This document shows, in pieces, positions 25,951 through 40,251 of a stretch of DNA of 64,000 nucleotides; positions within the stretch are counted from its first letter, which is position 1, and the number at the start of each line of letters is the position of its first letter. The notes beneath the pieces are model-generated. The model ran no database searches. It saw only the letters and a list, made by a program, of their open reading frames with translations, and was not told the DNA's origin. A program made the translations under genes and the position numbers. The DNA comes from Octopus vulgaris (Eukaryota): contig OX597819.1 in assembly GCA_951406725.2 (NCBI GenBank), positions 36,084,001-36,148,000 on the forward strand, in the 5' to 3' direction.

Positions 25951-26051
25951 CTTAATTTTTTTTTTTTTTTTTTTTCAATTTTCTTATTTGTATTATATAA
26001 TCTTTATTTTTATTTTTTCTAGGTAAGTGTTTGAAGCTGATATGGGTGAGA
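25951..26051 (+). promoter_or_regulatory. Candidate recursive splice site (AG|GTAAGT) with a 23-nt cryptic exon
   Basis: Long T-rich tract, then ttttttctAG (26021-26022) immediately followed by GTAAGT; second donor TGG|gtgaga at 26045/26046. Confidence 0.5.
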
Positions 26052-28363
26052 TTCTTTTATATTATTAAAAATAAATTATATATCAGTTGAAAAAAAAAAA
26101 GTTTAATTTATAAATCGGTCCTTTATAAATCCATCATTAATTATGTTACCTATATAGCTGGATTTTTCCAAAGATCCATTTTCAATTTCTCACTATTTAT
26201 AATATTAAATCTAGTGCATTTAGTATACCTTACAACTCAAATATCTTTCTTAATACATTTCTATTCTAAAAGAAAGAAGAAAAAAAGTGTTTTCTCTTGA
26301 TTTGGCTTTGATTTCATAATCTGTTACATTTTCCACCATTATCATGCTGTATTTCATAAAAGATTGTTTCCTGTTATCTTTGCTTTTCAATTTATATAAA
26401 CTTTTAACAAATTGTTACAATACTCTTTTGTTTAAAATAGTTTCTGTAATTGGTATCCTGGTTAAAAACTAGATTGATCTTTCAAACATCATTTCTAATT
26501 TTGTATCATTCTTTCACAAATATGTGTGTTTGTGTATGTGCATATTGGTGTGTGTGTGTATTTATCTCAATAGTAGCTCTTATTTTTATATATTTTAACA
26601 TGACTGTCCTGTTTTCTTACATTCATTTGTATTTGTTTCTGTATCAGATTTTTCTGTTATTGGGAGTTTGGATATCATTGAGTTTCATTGAGTTACATCA
26701 GTTTTAAATCTTATGTTGCAGTTGTTTTGTTTACTTAAATTACTTGTTTCTAAACATTTGTTACTGTTAGCTGTTGTAAAGACTGTTTAAAGCAAAAGGT
26801 GAACTGTAAGTTAGGATGTTTTTTGAAAATTTCCGAGCATTCCTTCTGATTATATGTCAGTTTTATGCATGAAATTATACAAGTATGGTTTGAAGAAGTT
26901 TCCTATTAATAGAGGAGTCCAGTGTAATAATCCATGGGCAGGAGAGGTACAGGTGAAGTGTACGTTAGTAGAAAGTTTAGGTAGAGAATCCGTAAAAGCT
27001 TGTTGGGGGTGAACAGATGTCAATTGTTTTCTTTTAGGTAAAGTATTGAAATGCTTACTTGTTGTAGATGCATAATCAGGTTGTGGAAAACTGGTGTTAG
27101 TGGCTTATTTCACATCAAGTTTACAATATTTTTTTTAGTTTATATTGAAAATGATGTAATATACATTGATTATTTTTGCATTTATATTTTTTCATTTTTA
27201 CTGATTATAGTATTTTAATTTTCTGTTGGTCTTTTCACAATACGTACTTACAAACACACATGTAATGTTTTAGTATTGTATTATGTATTGATTTAAAAAA
27301 AAAAATAAAACCCTGCACTTAGGAAATTTGAGAAAAACTATGATTGTTTATTGTGGTGTTAAAACTTTTACTGGTGTGAAACTTATTCATATTTGCAGCT
27401 CTAGTTTTGTACAGACTGTTGTTCTTTCCATTTTTTTTCTTTCAATTTTTACTTCTTTAAATCATTTATTAACACAAATATTCAGTCCTTGATTGTGATA
27501 CTCTTGGGTGTTTTTGAAGTTTGTAAAAGCGTTCTTTTGTTTTATTCATTGATGTGTGTGAGGTTGATGATGGGGAGATGGTTATAGGAGAGTGATAGTT
27601 AGTCCTACAGTTATGGATCCTGTTTTGTGTGCATGCATGCGTGAGAAAGAGTTGTTAGCTTGCTGATGTATTTTAGTTTGTTATGGTGCTAAAGCTTACT
27701 AAAATAGTGCAGAAAGAATTGCATTGATATTTATATAAATTATGATTGTTTAGTTCTAATACTTTTGTTTTCCCTGTTGTTTGTGCTGTTTTTTATTAGG
27801 TTGAGTTTAGAAGTGTGTTAAGGTATTGTTCTTCAGCACCAGGCCAACTTTAATCTTATGATTAAGACTTATGATCAATGACATTACAGCTGTAACCGTC
27901 CTGTCTTTTTGGTGATATGTCTAGGATTACATTATCCAATGTATCTTTCACTTGTGTAAGATGATAGTGTTCTGAGGAAGACTTGGTTGTGCTCTCTTGC
28001 AGGTTACTCTCATGTTGACTCATTAACATGTGATTGGGGTGTGTGACCTAATAAATAGTTCATGGAAGTGTGGGTGTTTTGAATTACTGATTGTTTTAGG
28101 TTATATTCTGTTTCTGGTTGTCATTTATGGTGCCTATGTCCTGCATTTACATGGTTATGGAATGTTACTAATCCTCAGTCCTAGTTAAAGACTATTCTAC
28201 CTTTTGGGATTTGAGGAATCTTCTATCAGGGTTGTAGTTTTGTTTCTATTAACATTGTAGTGTGAATATTTTAGTTGAATCAATGTCTTTTAGGCCATTT
28301 GTGTGTTACATTTCTGTTATATAATACATGAATTACTTTGAGCTTTCTCGTGCATTGTGTGAT

Positions 28364-28770
28364 TCATCATCATCGTTTAGCATCCGCTTTCCATGCTGGC
28401 ATGGTTGGGCGGTTCAACCGGGGTCTGGGAAGCCAGATGGCTGCACCAGGCCCAGTCTGATCTGGCAATGTTTCTACGGCTGGATGCCCTTCCTAACGCC
28501 AACCACTCCATGAGTGTAGTGGGTGCTTTTTACGTGCCACCGGCACCAGATGAGGCTGGCAAACGGCCACAATCAGATGGTGCTTTTTACGTGCCACCGG
28601 CACGGAGGCCAGGCGAGGCTGGCAATAGCCATGATCGGATGGTGCTTTTTACGTGCCACTGGCACGGAGGCAGTTGGTTCCGCACTGGCAATGGCCACGT
28701 TCAGATGGTTCTCTTATGTGCCACCGGCACTGGTATCATAGCTACAATTTCCATTGATGTTGATCGATTT
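28364..28770 (-). mobile_element. RTE-tailed non-autonomous retroposon with internal tandem repeats
   Basis: Same tail as the 7490 copy; about four units containing ggtgctttttacgtgccaccggcac; GC-rich. Confidence 0.8.
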
Positions 28771-30242
28771 TGATTTTGTTTTTGTTGTACTTGGATTTTA
28801 GTTGGTTGATTGCTTTTGTCACCAACATTGAGAAGATTAAGCTTCACACTGGTGACTTTAATAGGAAGGTTGTAACATTACTTTTGGTGTTCTGTTTAGG
28901 TGTGTGGTTTTGGTGCTTTAAGCTCTCTGTTTTGTGTGATATTTTCTCCTGGGGTACTGCTACCTTTTTTTAAAAGTCTGGTTTTGTTTTGGATTTTTTC
29001 TTTCATACTTAATGTTGATTTGTGTATTCCAGGAATTCCAGTTGTGGCTGTTTTGTTTTAATATCTTTTTTCTATGCTAGCATGGCTTAAGCTGAAGGTA
29101 ATCAAGACAGGATTTTTACCGCTGGATGTTCTTCGTGTCCTGAACCCTTAGCTATTTCTGAATATGAAGAGTTAGTGGACAACTACTTTAGAAAAAATGT
29201 CAGCAAACATCACCAGTTGCATCTCAGCCACAACCAGTGATGTCACCTTTTGTAGTTGAACTGCAGACAGTGATATCAGCATTTGTAGCTATAATTCACC
29301 ATAGTTTGTAAGCATTTACACACACTCACTCACATTGGTTCACCATGTAAATTAACCTCAACTAATGTGTGTGTATTTTATCACATTGAATTGGAAAAAA
29401 AAAATCAATCACTATTCATATTTCACTCATTTCTCTCTGGTATATTATTAACCAAAATTACAAATGTCTATTATTTTGTAGGTCATGATTTATATTAGTT
29501 ATGGATGAGATATTTAATTGATGTCATCATTGCAATTAATTCCTTTTTCATTTTGATTAATTAATTTTCAGGTATATTCACAAACCTGTTTTTTTTTTTT
29601 TTAATTATTATTGCATTAGTTTAGATAAATAAAAATTAATATTGTCATTTTCACATACTCATTCCACACATAGTGACATATAAATATACATATCCATATT
29701 TTGTTGGGCTAAAAACTATATATCCAATTTTTTTTTTCTCTGGTTATTTTTCCTATTTTTCTTAATGAATCAGCAATTGGAAATTAAAAAAAGAAAAAGA
29801 AAAAAGGCAACTGAACTTCTTCATTTTACTGTAGCAACTGAAATGAAAATTATTTTAAAACAGTTTCATTAAATTCTTTGTAAGAAGAGTGTTCTGTAGC
29901 TGCTGTAGTTACTATATATATCTAACCATTAAAAATCATTATACAGTTATTAGAGATCTTGGAATATGGAGAAAAGTTGAACACCTGAAATAATTGAAAG
30001 ACTAGAATCAGCTCAGATTTATTTTTATCCCTTGAGTATTCTCAATTTTTTTTTTTTATGAATCTGCAGGATTTAAAATTTTTATTAGATATTTATAAAA
30101 CATCGTTCAATAATCTATTTTAAAATGGATTTTATTTTCGTTCTTCAATTTTTAATTTTAACAAGTGCATTAGTTATTTGCTTATTGAAAATACTTAAAA
30201 AAAATTTTAAATTGTAGCTTTTGAGAAATATGTAAATATATA

Positions 30243-30393
30243 GGTGCAAGTGTGGCAAGAAATTTATTTCCCAACCACACAGTTCTGAGTTCAGTCACGC
30301 TGTGTGGCACTTTGAGCAAGTGTCTACTATAGGCTTGGGCCAACAAAAACCTTGTGAGTGGATTTGGTTGATGGAAACTGATAGACTTGTTGA

Positions 30394-30428
<35 letters not shown>

Positions 30429-30625
30429 TTTCCCCCATCACTGCTTGACAGTCAGTGTTGTGTTTATGTTCCCATAACTTAGCAGTTCAGCAAAAGATAG
30501 AATTAAGTACCTGGCTAAGAAAAAAAAAAAAAGAATACTGGTGTTGATCCATTCAACTAAAAGTCTGCTGCCAGGCAGTGCCCTAATTATGATCATGGTC
30601 TGATGACTGAAACAAATAAAAAAAA
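30243..30625 (+). mobile_element. tRNA-derived SINE family 1 (diverged)
   Basis: Head, (TG)n and tail are all recognisable. Confidence 0.8.
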
Positions 30626-31459
30626 TATCATTTTAATGGTGTATCTCAAAGTGGGTACATCTATAAATAATGGCATATAATATATAGGGAGCAAAATGCT
30701 GACGACTTAAGAGACTTGAATTACATGTCTTTTGTAACTATGGCAGACCTGCTGACCAACTACATTTAAGTAACTCTTGGTCCTTCTTTTTTCAAATTAG
30801 ACACTTTGATCTAACAAGTGAGAAAGTAGGGCTGTTTTACATTTACATACAAATTAATTTTGTATAATTGATTAGCATGTTATGAGTATTGAAGCTGCAT
30901 GGCTCAAGTCCAGTAGGTATCCATCAGCCTTATTTTTTTCCAGCCAAGGGTTTTCATCTATGTTAACATTTTATCTTTAAAAAATATTTTACCAAATCAA
31001 TTTTAAACCTTCAATGTCACAAAGATATCAAGTAATTTTGATTTTATACATACACACACACATTATTAGATATTGACTCAGGAAACATTACTTTTAAAAA
31101 AAAAAGCCATAAGCAAAAACAAAGCGAATAGAAACAGACTTAAATCTACTCTAACCCAATGAACATCATTCAGTTGCTTTACTTGTAAATGTTTATTCAT
31201 TGTGTTGGTGATGGTAATCAATAGTTTAAATGGTCTTATTTAGAAATGAATATTATATTGCTTGTTGCAAGTTTATACCTGAAGCTGTTATTGTAATCTT
31301 AAGCAAACTTGTAGACTACCGCAAATGAATAATTGACTTCTATTTTAGAATCTACATATTACTTTCAACTTCCCCTGTCTTTGAATATTTCTTTGTCATT
31401 AACCATAACTGTTTGTAATAATTTAAAGTTTTTAAAAGAAAGTTAAGTAGATATTTTTT

Positions 31460-31686
31460 CTTTTTTTTCTTTTACTTGTTTCAGTCATTTGACTGTGGCC
31501 ATGCTGGAGCACCGCCTTTAGTCGAGCAAATCGACCCCGGGACTTATTCTTTGTAAGCCCAGTACTTATTCTATCGGTCTCTTTTTGCCGAACCACTAAG
31601 TGATGGGGACGTAAACACACCAGCATCGGTTGTCAAGCAATGCTAGGGGGCCAAACACAGACACACAAGCACACACACACACATAC

Positions 31687-31752
<66 letters not shown>

Positions 31753-31914
31753 GACAGGCTTCTTTCAGTTTCCGTCTACCAAATCCACTCACAAGGCATT
31801 GGTCGGCACGAGGCTATAGCAGAAGACACTTGCCCAAGATGCCACGCAGTGGGACTGAACCCGGAACCATGTGGTTGGTTAGCAAGCTACTTACCACACA
31901 GCCACTCCTGTGCC
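31460..31914 (-). mobile_element. tRNA-derived SINE family 1, full length, young
   Basis: Close reverse complement of 45217-45640; CpGs retained. Confidence 0.92.
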
Positions 31915-33219
31915 TTTTTTTTTTTTTTTTTTTTTTGTGATGACATTTCTTGACATTTTATAACTGCTGAAATTGTTGCTGTTTAGTGAAATAAAGTTAT
32001 AGATACAATATAGCAGTTGTTTAACCCTAGGGCAACTCTGATTTAGCAAACCTATGATCTGTGTGTTAGGGGATATACAAAAATACATTATTGAATGTGT
32101 CCTTTCTCAGTAGTACAATATTATGATTTGAAGGTGGTTTGGTTGGTATATCTATGCTGCATGATCATGTAGAACAGGAGTAGAGAGCATATTTAGTATC
32201 AGGAGTGAATTGTAAGTGCAAAACAACTTGTGGTTGTACATTTGGCAAAGCATTATCTCAAGCATGAGGGATAACTATGCATTGACTGCCTGCAAACTTC
32301 CCTGCCTCACAAACTAGAGCCAATCCTTTTGATCCCTTGCCTAAAGCATTCTTAACCCGTTTGATACCAACCTGACCAAAACAGCTTCTGGCTCTGTAGT
32401 ACAAATGTCTTGTTTTCCATAAGTTTTGAATTAAAATCTTCCAAACCTTTAGTCACAATTTGTTGGTCAGAAGATGCTTCAGCTCTCAACAATTATTGGT
32501 GCTTTCTAAAGTTATGGCGATTACTGAAATGAAGCATTGCTCTAACATCTGGGATGATGGTGTTACTGTTGCACACACACACACATAACAGACCTGCCTA
32601 TTGGATTGGCATAAACTCAGACAAGCACCACCTTTGACCCACTGAAGTGTGCTGTCTCCTCCCTCTGTCTTTTCTACTGCACCTTGGAGCTAGCTGGGCT
32701 TGTGTGACTTCTACTCAAGCGTCCTTGTCTGACTTGTCTCTCTAATTTTCCTTGTTGTATCTGTCTCCCTTCCAGACCCCATACTTGGTCATTCCTTACT
32801 ATAATTTCCTTCCTGTTCATATCTCTCCTGTGGGCATTACTTACAAAGTTTCACAAGGAGCAAGGGTTGCAAAGGCCCTATTGCTGTTCTCTTTCCTCCA
32901 TACCTGGTAAGTTAAAAAAAACAAAACATGCAGAATTGTCCCCCTCACTGCTTCTCATTCATGTTGATTGTATAAGCAGTACTCCCATGGAGAAAAATTT
33001 ACTGCCTGTAAAGCAGGCAGCTTCACTATTGTACTGGTTAAACTTCTAACTTATTAATAATTACTGGCACTTCAAATACTATGCACTTTGGGAGATAAAA
33101 TGATAAAATTAAAGGCTTGAATGAGCACTCAGGATTCTTTTATGTTTAAACATTATTGCATACAAGCAGTAACAATATCAGATAATTATTGCAGAATTAT
33201 TATCATTAATAATAATAAA

Positions 33220-33422
33220 CCTTTCTACTATAGATACAAGGTCTGAAATTTGTGGGGAGACTGCTTGATTACATTGATTTCAGTGCTCAGTTGGTACCTG
33301 TTTCATTGACCCCGAGAAGATGAATGGTAGTCAGCCTCATCAGAATTTGAATTCAGAATGTAAATAGTTGGAAGAAATGTCATTAAGCATTTTGTCTTGT
33401 GGTGCTAATGATTCTGCCAGCA
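33220..33422 (-). mobile_element. tRNA-derived SINE family 2 (diverged)
   Basis: ggtacc...ttgaccccgagaagatgaa...gaatttgaattcagaatgtaaa...tgctaatgattctgccagc is the reverse complement of family 2. Confidence 0.7.
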
Positions 33423-36249
33423 CCCCTGAGTATTGTTTGCATGTGTAAGAATTTTCTTAATCATGTAAAACATAACCTTTATCCCTTGAATAGGATGAAA
33501 AAGATGGGGAAATATTTTGTGGGGATAATGGATTTAGATGTCAGGAGTAGACATTACAAATGAGAACTAAATATTAACGTACTTTGCCCCACCCTGAGTG
33601 CATGGCTATATTCTTGACAGTATGATTGGGAGTAAGTTGTATTCATTATCAAAGAAATATAAAGAAAAGTTTAAATTTCGATAATAATGTTAATTTTTGC
33701 TATGGTAATATACCTGCAATTATAGTTAAGTCACATTTTTTTTCTCAAGGGGAATGAAAAAAAAAAATTTTTAAAACATGATTTAACTTTTGAATTATAC
33801 TGTGGTTTTGAAATTCATATCCTTCACTAACATATACACATGCATACTCCAACAAGCAGGTGATTTTGTGTGCAGGGCAGCTTGAGCAGCAGTTACAACA
33901 AATCTGACTTAGCATTCTTGTTTCCATTCATTGTAACGCTAAAGTCAGGGCATCTTATACATGACTTTTCTTCAGAGACTTCATTCCCCATAATTAGGTG
34001 TACTTGTTTTGCATAAGTGCATATTATGCATGAATACTGGATTTTTAAAACGGTGTGGATAGTTTTTTGCAGTACAAACTTAGCCTTTATATTAGGGAGT
34101 GTTAACATTTTTCATATAGCAAGTCAATGAACAGTTTGTTATAGGATTTGATAATTATCTCAAAAATTTTCGATTCATTATATAACTTTTTATAATGTAA
34201 CAACATAGTGAAGGAAGATGTCTGTAAATAGAGAAATACATAGAAAGAAGTCTTATTAAAATCTTTTCTGTCAAAGTTTTGCTTATTCTCAGATTAAGTC
34301 ATTAGATAATGGATTCCTCTTGTAATTAAACATTTTCATTTATGAATACTGTCATTCTGACCCTAGAAGTAATGTATAATTAGTTTCGAAATAACTTGGG
34401 AAAGCTTATAAATTAAAACATTTCTGCAATAATTAAAAAGCTATCATATAATCACTATTTTTGGTGATGAGTTTAAATTTTTATATTGTTGACCAAATGA
34501 TGAAATCATTCTAAAGGAATTATTTTTTGACTAAATGTTTTCCAAACTTCTTACTCTCTGGTAATCCTTGAAATGCATTCATTGTGTCAGAGTATACCTT
34601 TGTAAAAACTACCACATACCTTTTATTAATACTTTTCATTCTCTTCGAGTTAAATCTCATAAATGATTAAACAAACCATAAAACTGTCTTTGAAAAATTT
34701 GACTAAATCCATTTGATGCCTGAAGAAAGTTCAAGAAACCCAAAACCTTGTAGAGATTAGTAGTTCCCTACTAAGAGGTCATTTGATACTAGTATTTTGA
34801 ATATAATTCATTGATCTTTCATGAAAATCTAGGTTTCTAGGAAATCTTGACTGGGAAACGCTGCTCAAGATCATAGAAGTTCATTGAAAAGTACTGAGTA
34901 GAAATTAACATTGTTTTTGTACTGATGTTCAGTGAAATTTGTTATTAAATAAGAGAAATACATAGTGGATAGGGATTTACAATCACAGAAATTTTTACCT
35001 GATGAACAATATAAAATATGAAGTTAGTTACTGGAATATCGACTGTTATTTGTATGAGTGGCCTATTACCAGTCATTAGATCATTGGCTAGAATATCTAC
35101 AGTATTTGTTCAGATTCTCTGCACTCCTGAGTTCTAAGACTGTTCAGGTCAACTTTGCTTGTCATCCTTTCGATCTATTGCTTCCAGGTATGAAATTATA
35201 TGGGAACATTCTTCCTTTTATGATTGCAATACGTTGCCAACATGTATTAAACCAATTTTTGTTTGAGTCTACTGCAGAGTTTTAGTGTTATAATAATTAT
35301 GTGCCTACACATTCTAATCCTAAAATTAATGTTGGTATTTTGTGGGTTGAAAAGAATTCTTTTATAATGATGGATATATTTCAACCAATCATTTTCATTG
35401 GTGCAGCTTTATAATGTTCTTATATCTAGGTTGTTTTAAATACCAAAGCTACCTTAAATCTACATATGAGGATGTAATAAAAATAATTCTAATGTACACG
35501 TATTTTATATTTATCTTATTTGCTCTGTGCCTGCCCATTCACTCACAAATGGGTTTGATAATGTTAAGTGTTCATTTGTATCTTAATCTAAATAGTATCA
35601 TTCACCGAGTTTAATACTCTTGAGCAAGACACAGATGTCAGAACAATAGTGCTTTATATGTAATTAAAAACATTAGACCATTTATAAACAAATTAGTAAT
35701 TTAAGATTGTCTAGTGTTTGCTTGTTTTTGTAGTTTAACTGGAACGGTTATTTGCTTGTAAAATCGAAAATGTTTACATCTTTGCCTTTTCTACTACTGT
35801 TAAAGTGGTCGGTTCCATGCCACCTCTACCTGGGCTGTCTTGTCTCCTACTCTTGTCATACTAACCACTATCTCCAGTCTTTCCTCTCCAGAGAATCAGC
35901 CTCCTGAAATTTTCTTCATTCTCCCATTTTTGCTGCAGCTTATTGACTTGCAAACTCAAGTTAAATATAGACTAGCTTCAGTCTAACTGGTCTCGTTGGG
36001 TCTGTAAAGCCATGAGTACAACTCCTTCCTCTAGTTTAAACCAGTAAAAAAATAATATAAAAGGTCATATTGAAATGAGCTTCAGTTGTGAAATGTTTTA
36101 TCATACAAAGTAATAATGACTTGCTAATTAGCTGAATAACTGGTAGGATTTAGTTTGGTGCTTCATTGTCTAAGTTCAGAACTTACTAGGGTTAAATTCC
36201 ATCCTTCTGTAATTTATAAAATCTTTACTGGTAATTTGCTGTTGGTTTA

Positions 36250-36420
36250 CATCTATATCTATAAAATTCAGTGTGTGTGTGTGTGTTTCCTGTATGCATG
36301 GCCAAACCGCTGGATCAATCCGTACCAAATTTGCCATGAAAGTTTTTCATTACTTGGAGAAGGTTCTGTCTAGTATTTTATAAAAAATATCATCTGCCTG
36401 AAAAGGAATTTATTTTGCAT
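36250..36420 (+). mobile_element. Helitron-like 5' end fragment
   Basis: a|tctatatctataaaa followed by (TG)n and accaaatttg; resembles the 5' end of the 59502-59861 element. Confidence 0.45.
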
Positions 36421-36999
36421 ACTATTTGCATGTTTTTTTTTTTTAACAAAATTACAGCTATTCCCTGAAATTGGACAGTATTATTATGTTTGATTACTAG
36501 ATATTTTCCTTAGTTTGCACCTATTTAAAATGTTTACTGTGCTTGTCACTTGTTTTACAAGTTGATTTTTAGCCTGTGTTCTTCCACCTATTTTGTCTTT
36601 ATATTTAGGTACATTCATAGAAGTATTTTGTATTGTCAGTCCAATAAGCCATTATCATTGGGTCACTGCTGGAAACTTTTTACTTCTAGTTTATGACAAA
36701 TCTGCTTTATCTGGCTCTCATTTCAGCTAAGTGGACTGGGTTAGTAACAATATGGATCTTGCTATAGATATTGTAGTACCAGAATATTAATACTTGACTA
36801 TTGAGTGTCTAGGCTGACAACACATTGAGTAGACCGTTTAATGTCAACTTTTCCATGCACATTTAACGTCCACTTCAGGCAGAATTTGCTGAGGTAGATT
36901 TTCTACAGGTAGATGTCCTTCCTGTTGCCAACCCTCGCTTTACTTTCAAGTAAAGTGATATTTCCCTCTGCATGATGGTGATGTCAAGACAAGGTACAT

Positions 37000-37039
<40 letters not shown>

Positions 37040-37141
37040 ACACACACACACACACACGATGGGTTTCTTTCAGTTTCTGCCCACCAAATCCACTTGAGGC
37101 TATAATAGGTGTTTGCCAAGGTACCAATCAGTGCAACGCAT

Positions 37142-37164
37142 GCACACACACACACACACGCACG

Positions 37165-37262
<98 letters not shown>
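37142..37262. repeat. Compound (CA)n-(CT)n microsatellite
   Basis: Seen directly; lies among minus-strand SINE fragments. Confidence 0.95.
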
Positions 37263-37263
<1 letters not shown>

Positions 37264-39387
37264 ATTTCACTCACAGTTTTGGTTGGCTCAAAACTATTAT
37301 AGAAGACACTTTGCCCAAGGGGCCACACATGGGACCAAATCTGAGACAATGTAATTACATAATGAATTACTTTAACCACACATCAATGCCTGCGTCTACA
37401 CAACCATGCCTGTGCCTTTATATAGATTTGGTCACTAAATATCTGAGATATGCCAGAATTAGTTTTTATTTTACTTATATTCTGCTAATTCTTCAAATAT
37501 CATAAATTACACATTTGTTTCTGACAGTTGAAGTTAACATTCAACAAGTTATTTCATATCTTGATACTATAGTAATGAAATGTTGAGAAAAGGCTGTATT
37601 TAACATGTTCTCTTTCTTACATCTCGCGTATGCATGATGAAATTATTATCTGAATGTTTTCCTGATTGGGTGCCAACATAAATGCTTTAGCCAATGAATA
37701 AATAGGAAGTTTCTATGGCTCTTCTCTAATCAATATTGGATATATTAGTTGCAGATTGGAATTAATCTTATCTTATTTTGTTTTATTTTTTTTTTTAGTT
37801 CATAGTCTGACTAGACCATGTTAACGTAGCTTAAAATACTTCACCAGATTATGTGAATAAGTATGGCTGCTAGTGCTATAATAAACCACAATGTCTCTAG
37901 TTAACATGCAAACATTAGAAGGGATGGAAAAAAAAACTATACTAAAACAACAAAAATATGAGGAAGCTATAATATTTCTTATGTAATCATTTGACTATCA
38001 GATGAAACACACATACAGCTCTTTACTTGATCCAATATAAAAGATATAAGTGTAATTTGGATAGCATCCCAAAATAAGATGGCAACAAGTCTAAATATAA
38101 ATTCTTACAAAAAAAAAAAAGCACTTTTGAAATGCTATATCACTAGTTGTAGAGGTAGTAGGAAGTCGATATGAAAATATGAATGGATATCTTGACATGG
38201 CTATTTCACATAGAAACAAGTTTGTACTCTTCAGATTGGCATAACTAATAGGAATTGATTTTTATGTTTGTTTTAACAACTAATTATCTAAAATTTGTAA
38301 TTTGTGAATATATTTATACATTAATATAATTTTAAAGTTACAAAAAAAAAAAAAATGCAATCATATGGTTGCAGGTTCATTCACAACACATGGCACATTA
38401 GGCAAGTATCTTCATCATAACCTCAGGCTGACTAATGCTTTGTGGAACTTAATAGACAGAAACTATATGGAAGCCTGTTTACTTATGTCCCTTTTCATCA
38501 AAATGTAATTTGGGTATTTGATAGAAATGGATAAAATTAGAATGAGACTGAAATAAATACAAGGGTCAGTATGATTGTTCAAAATCATTGAAGGGGGTAC
38601 TTTAGCATGACTACAATCCATTGAGCAAAAGAAATTAGTCAAAAACACGTAAAATACAGGATTTATTTTCTAGAAACTGTTAAAAATATAATTTTCCCAA
38701 CTTGAGTTAAAATATACCAAATTATTCTTAAGAATGAACCCTTAAAGCAAATCCTTTCATTTCCATTCAACTGTTTTCCATCTGTTATTAGATAAAACCC
38801 CCATCATGCTGTTGCTGGCTTATTTTTATCAGTTGTAAGCTTACCTTTCTCTACATTGTCCAATTGATGATTGGATAGAGTGCTCCAGAGTTTAGGTGAT
38901 TAGTCCTGGCCATCAGCATCATCTAACCAGAATTTGAGTTCAGAGTACAAGTTGAAACTGAAACCACAAGTTTTTTCATCTAGCACTAACAATTCTGCCA
39001 ATCTACTGGAGTATACATTATTGACCTTGAAAAAAATGAAAGGCAAAGTTGACTTCAGTGAAATTTGAATTCAAAGAGCTTGATTGACCATTACAAGAAT
39101 TCTGATGTTCTAATAGCTATGCCAATTCACCATTATAAGTAAACTAATTAGTTTCTATAAATGTAAATGAGTCAACAAATTTAAGCATGGAGTATTAAAA
39201 TGTAAAATATACGGTGAGAGAACAAAAAGATCTTTTACTAATTATTTCTAGGAAGTATGAAAGGACTCTTGATATGTTTCTGCTTTTTGAGTATCTTTAG
39301 CTGAGGTATAGTCTTGCTGTAACTTTCTGAAGTGATAACCAACAGACTTAGAGCCTCATGATTGCAAACCAAGCTTTTTAACAGTCT

Positions 39388-39562
39388 TGGCTGTGTGGTA
39401 AGAAGCTTGCTTCTCAACCTAATTGTTTCAAGTTCAGTCCTATATGACACCACTATTATAGCCGTGGCCTACCAAAGCCTTGTGAGTGGATTTGGTAGAC
39501 GGAAACTGAAAGAAGCCCATTGTGTTTGTGTGTGTATGTATAAATATATATATATATTTATG

Positions 39563-39602
<40 letters not shown>

Positions 39603-39790
39603 TCCCTTGCTTTACAAATGGTGTTTGTGTGTTTACGTCCCTGTAGCTTAGCGGTTCGGCAAAGGAGACCAATATAATAAGTACTAGGCTTAAGAAATAT
39701 GTCCTTGGGTTGATTTGTTCAACTAAAAAACTCTGAGGAAGTGCTCCAGCATGGCCACAGTCAAATGACTGAAACAAGTAAATGAATACA
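39388..39790 (+). mobile_element. tRNA-derived SINE family 1
   Basis: tggctgtgtggtaagaagcttgc head through tgactgaaacaagtaaa tail. Confidence 0.85.
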
Positions 39791-39839
39791 CAGTTAATTG
39801 ATAAAAAATAGAAGTCCCTCTAGATCCCTGGAGGTTTAA

Positions 39840-39991
39840 ACCTTTTAGCATTCTGTCAAAAGTAATGCCATTGTTTTGAAATAATCATGCATTATCTTGT
39901 AACTTTGAGATTTTCATGAGACAACAATTAATTTTAAGAATGATATTGTAGGGTTGGTTTAAATGATATGGCTGGTTTAAATGCTCAAGGG
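39840..39991. mobile_element. piggyBac-type MITE (diverged)
   Basis: ttaa..ccttttagcattc ... aaatgctcaaggg|ttga. Confidence 0.7.
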
Positions 39992-40251
39992 TTGAAGCTA
40001 GTTACTGTATTGCACAAAATGGAATGTTTGACTATACTAGCTGTTACAATTAAAAAGCAGTATGGATCTTTTATTCAGTTGCACATTATATTTATGTAGG
40101 TGGAAGAGACTTTTCTTTCCTTTCCTCTTTGACACTATACTTAGTAGCTGTTGGCCAGAAATGGGATGACGTGTGATGTGTAAAGGAAGTGAAAAGAATG
40201 ATTATACTTCACACACAATCTTCTTTCAAACAAGCTTAATCTCTTCCTTAA

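Noticed and set aside
26023-26045. Exon ending TAT GG|gt, which would give the expected YG|KW junction of UGCG exon 1
   Set aside because: There are two TGA stops just upstream in that frame and no hydrophobic segment, so it is not the coding first exon.
28393-28773. GC-rich 126-aa ORF with repeated GAFYVPPA units; superficially CRISPR-like periodicity
   Set aside because: It is the internal minisatellite of a dispersed retroposon with a second copy at 7490. The segments between cores are related to each other, there are no cas genes, and the context is eukaryotic.
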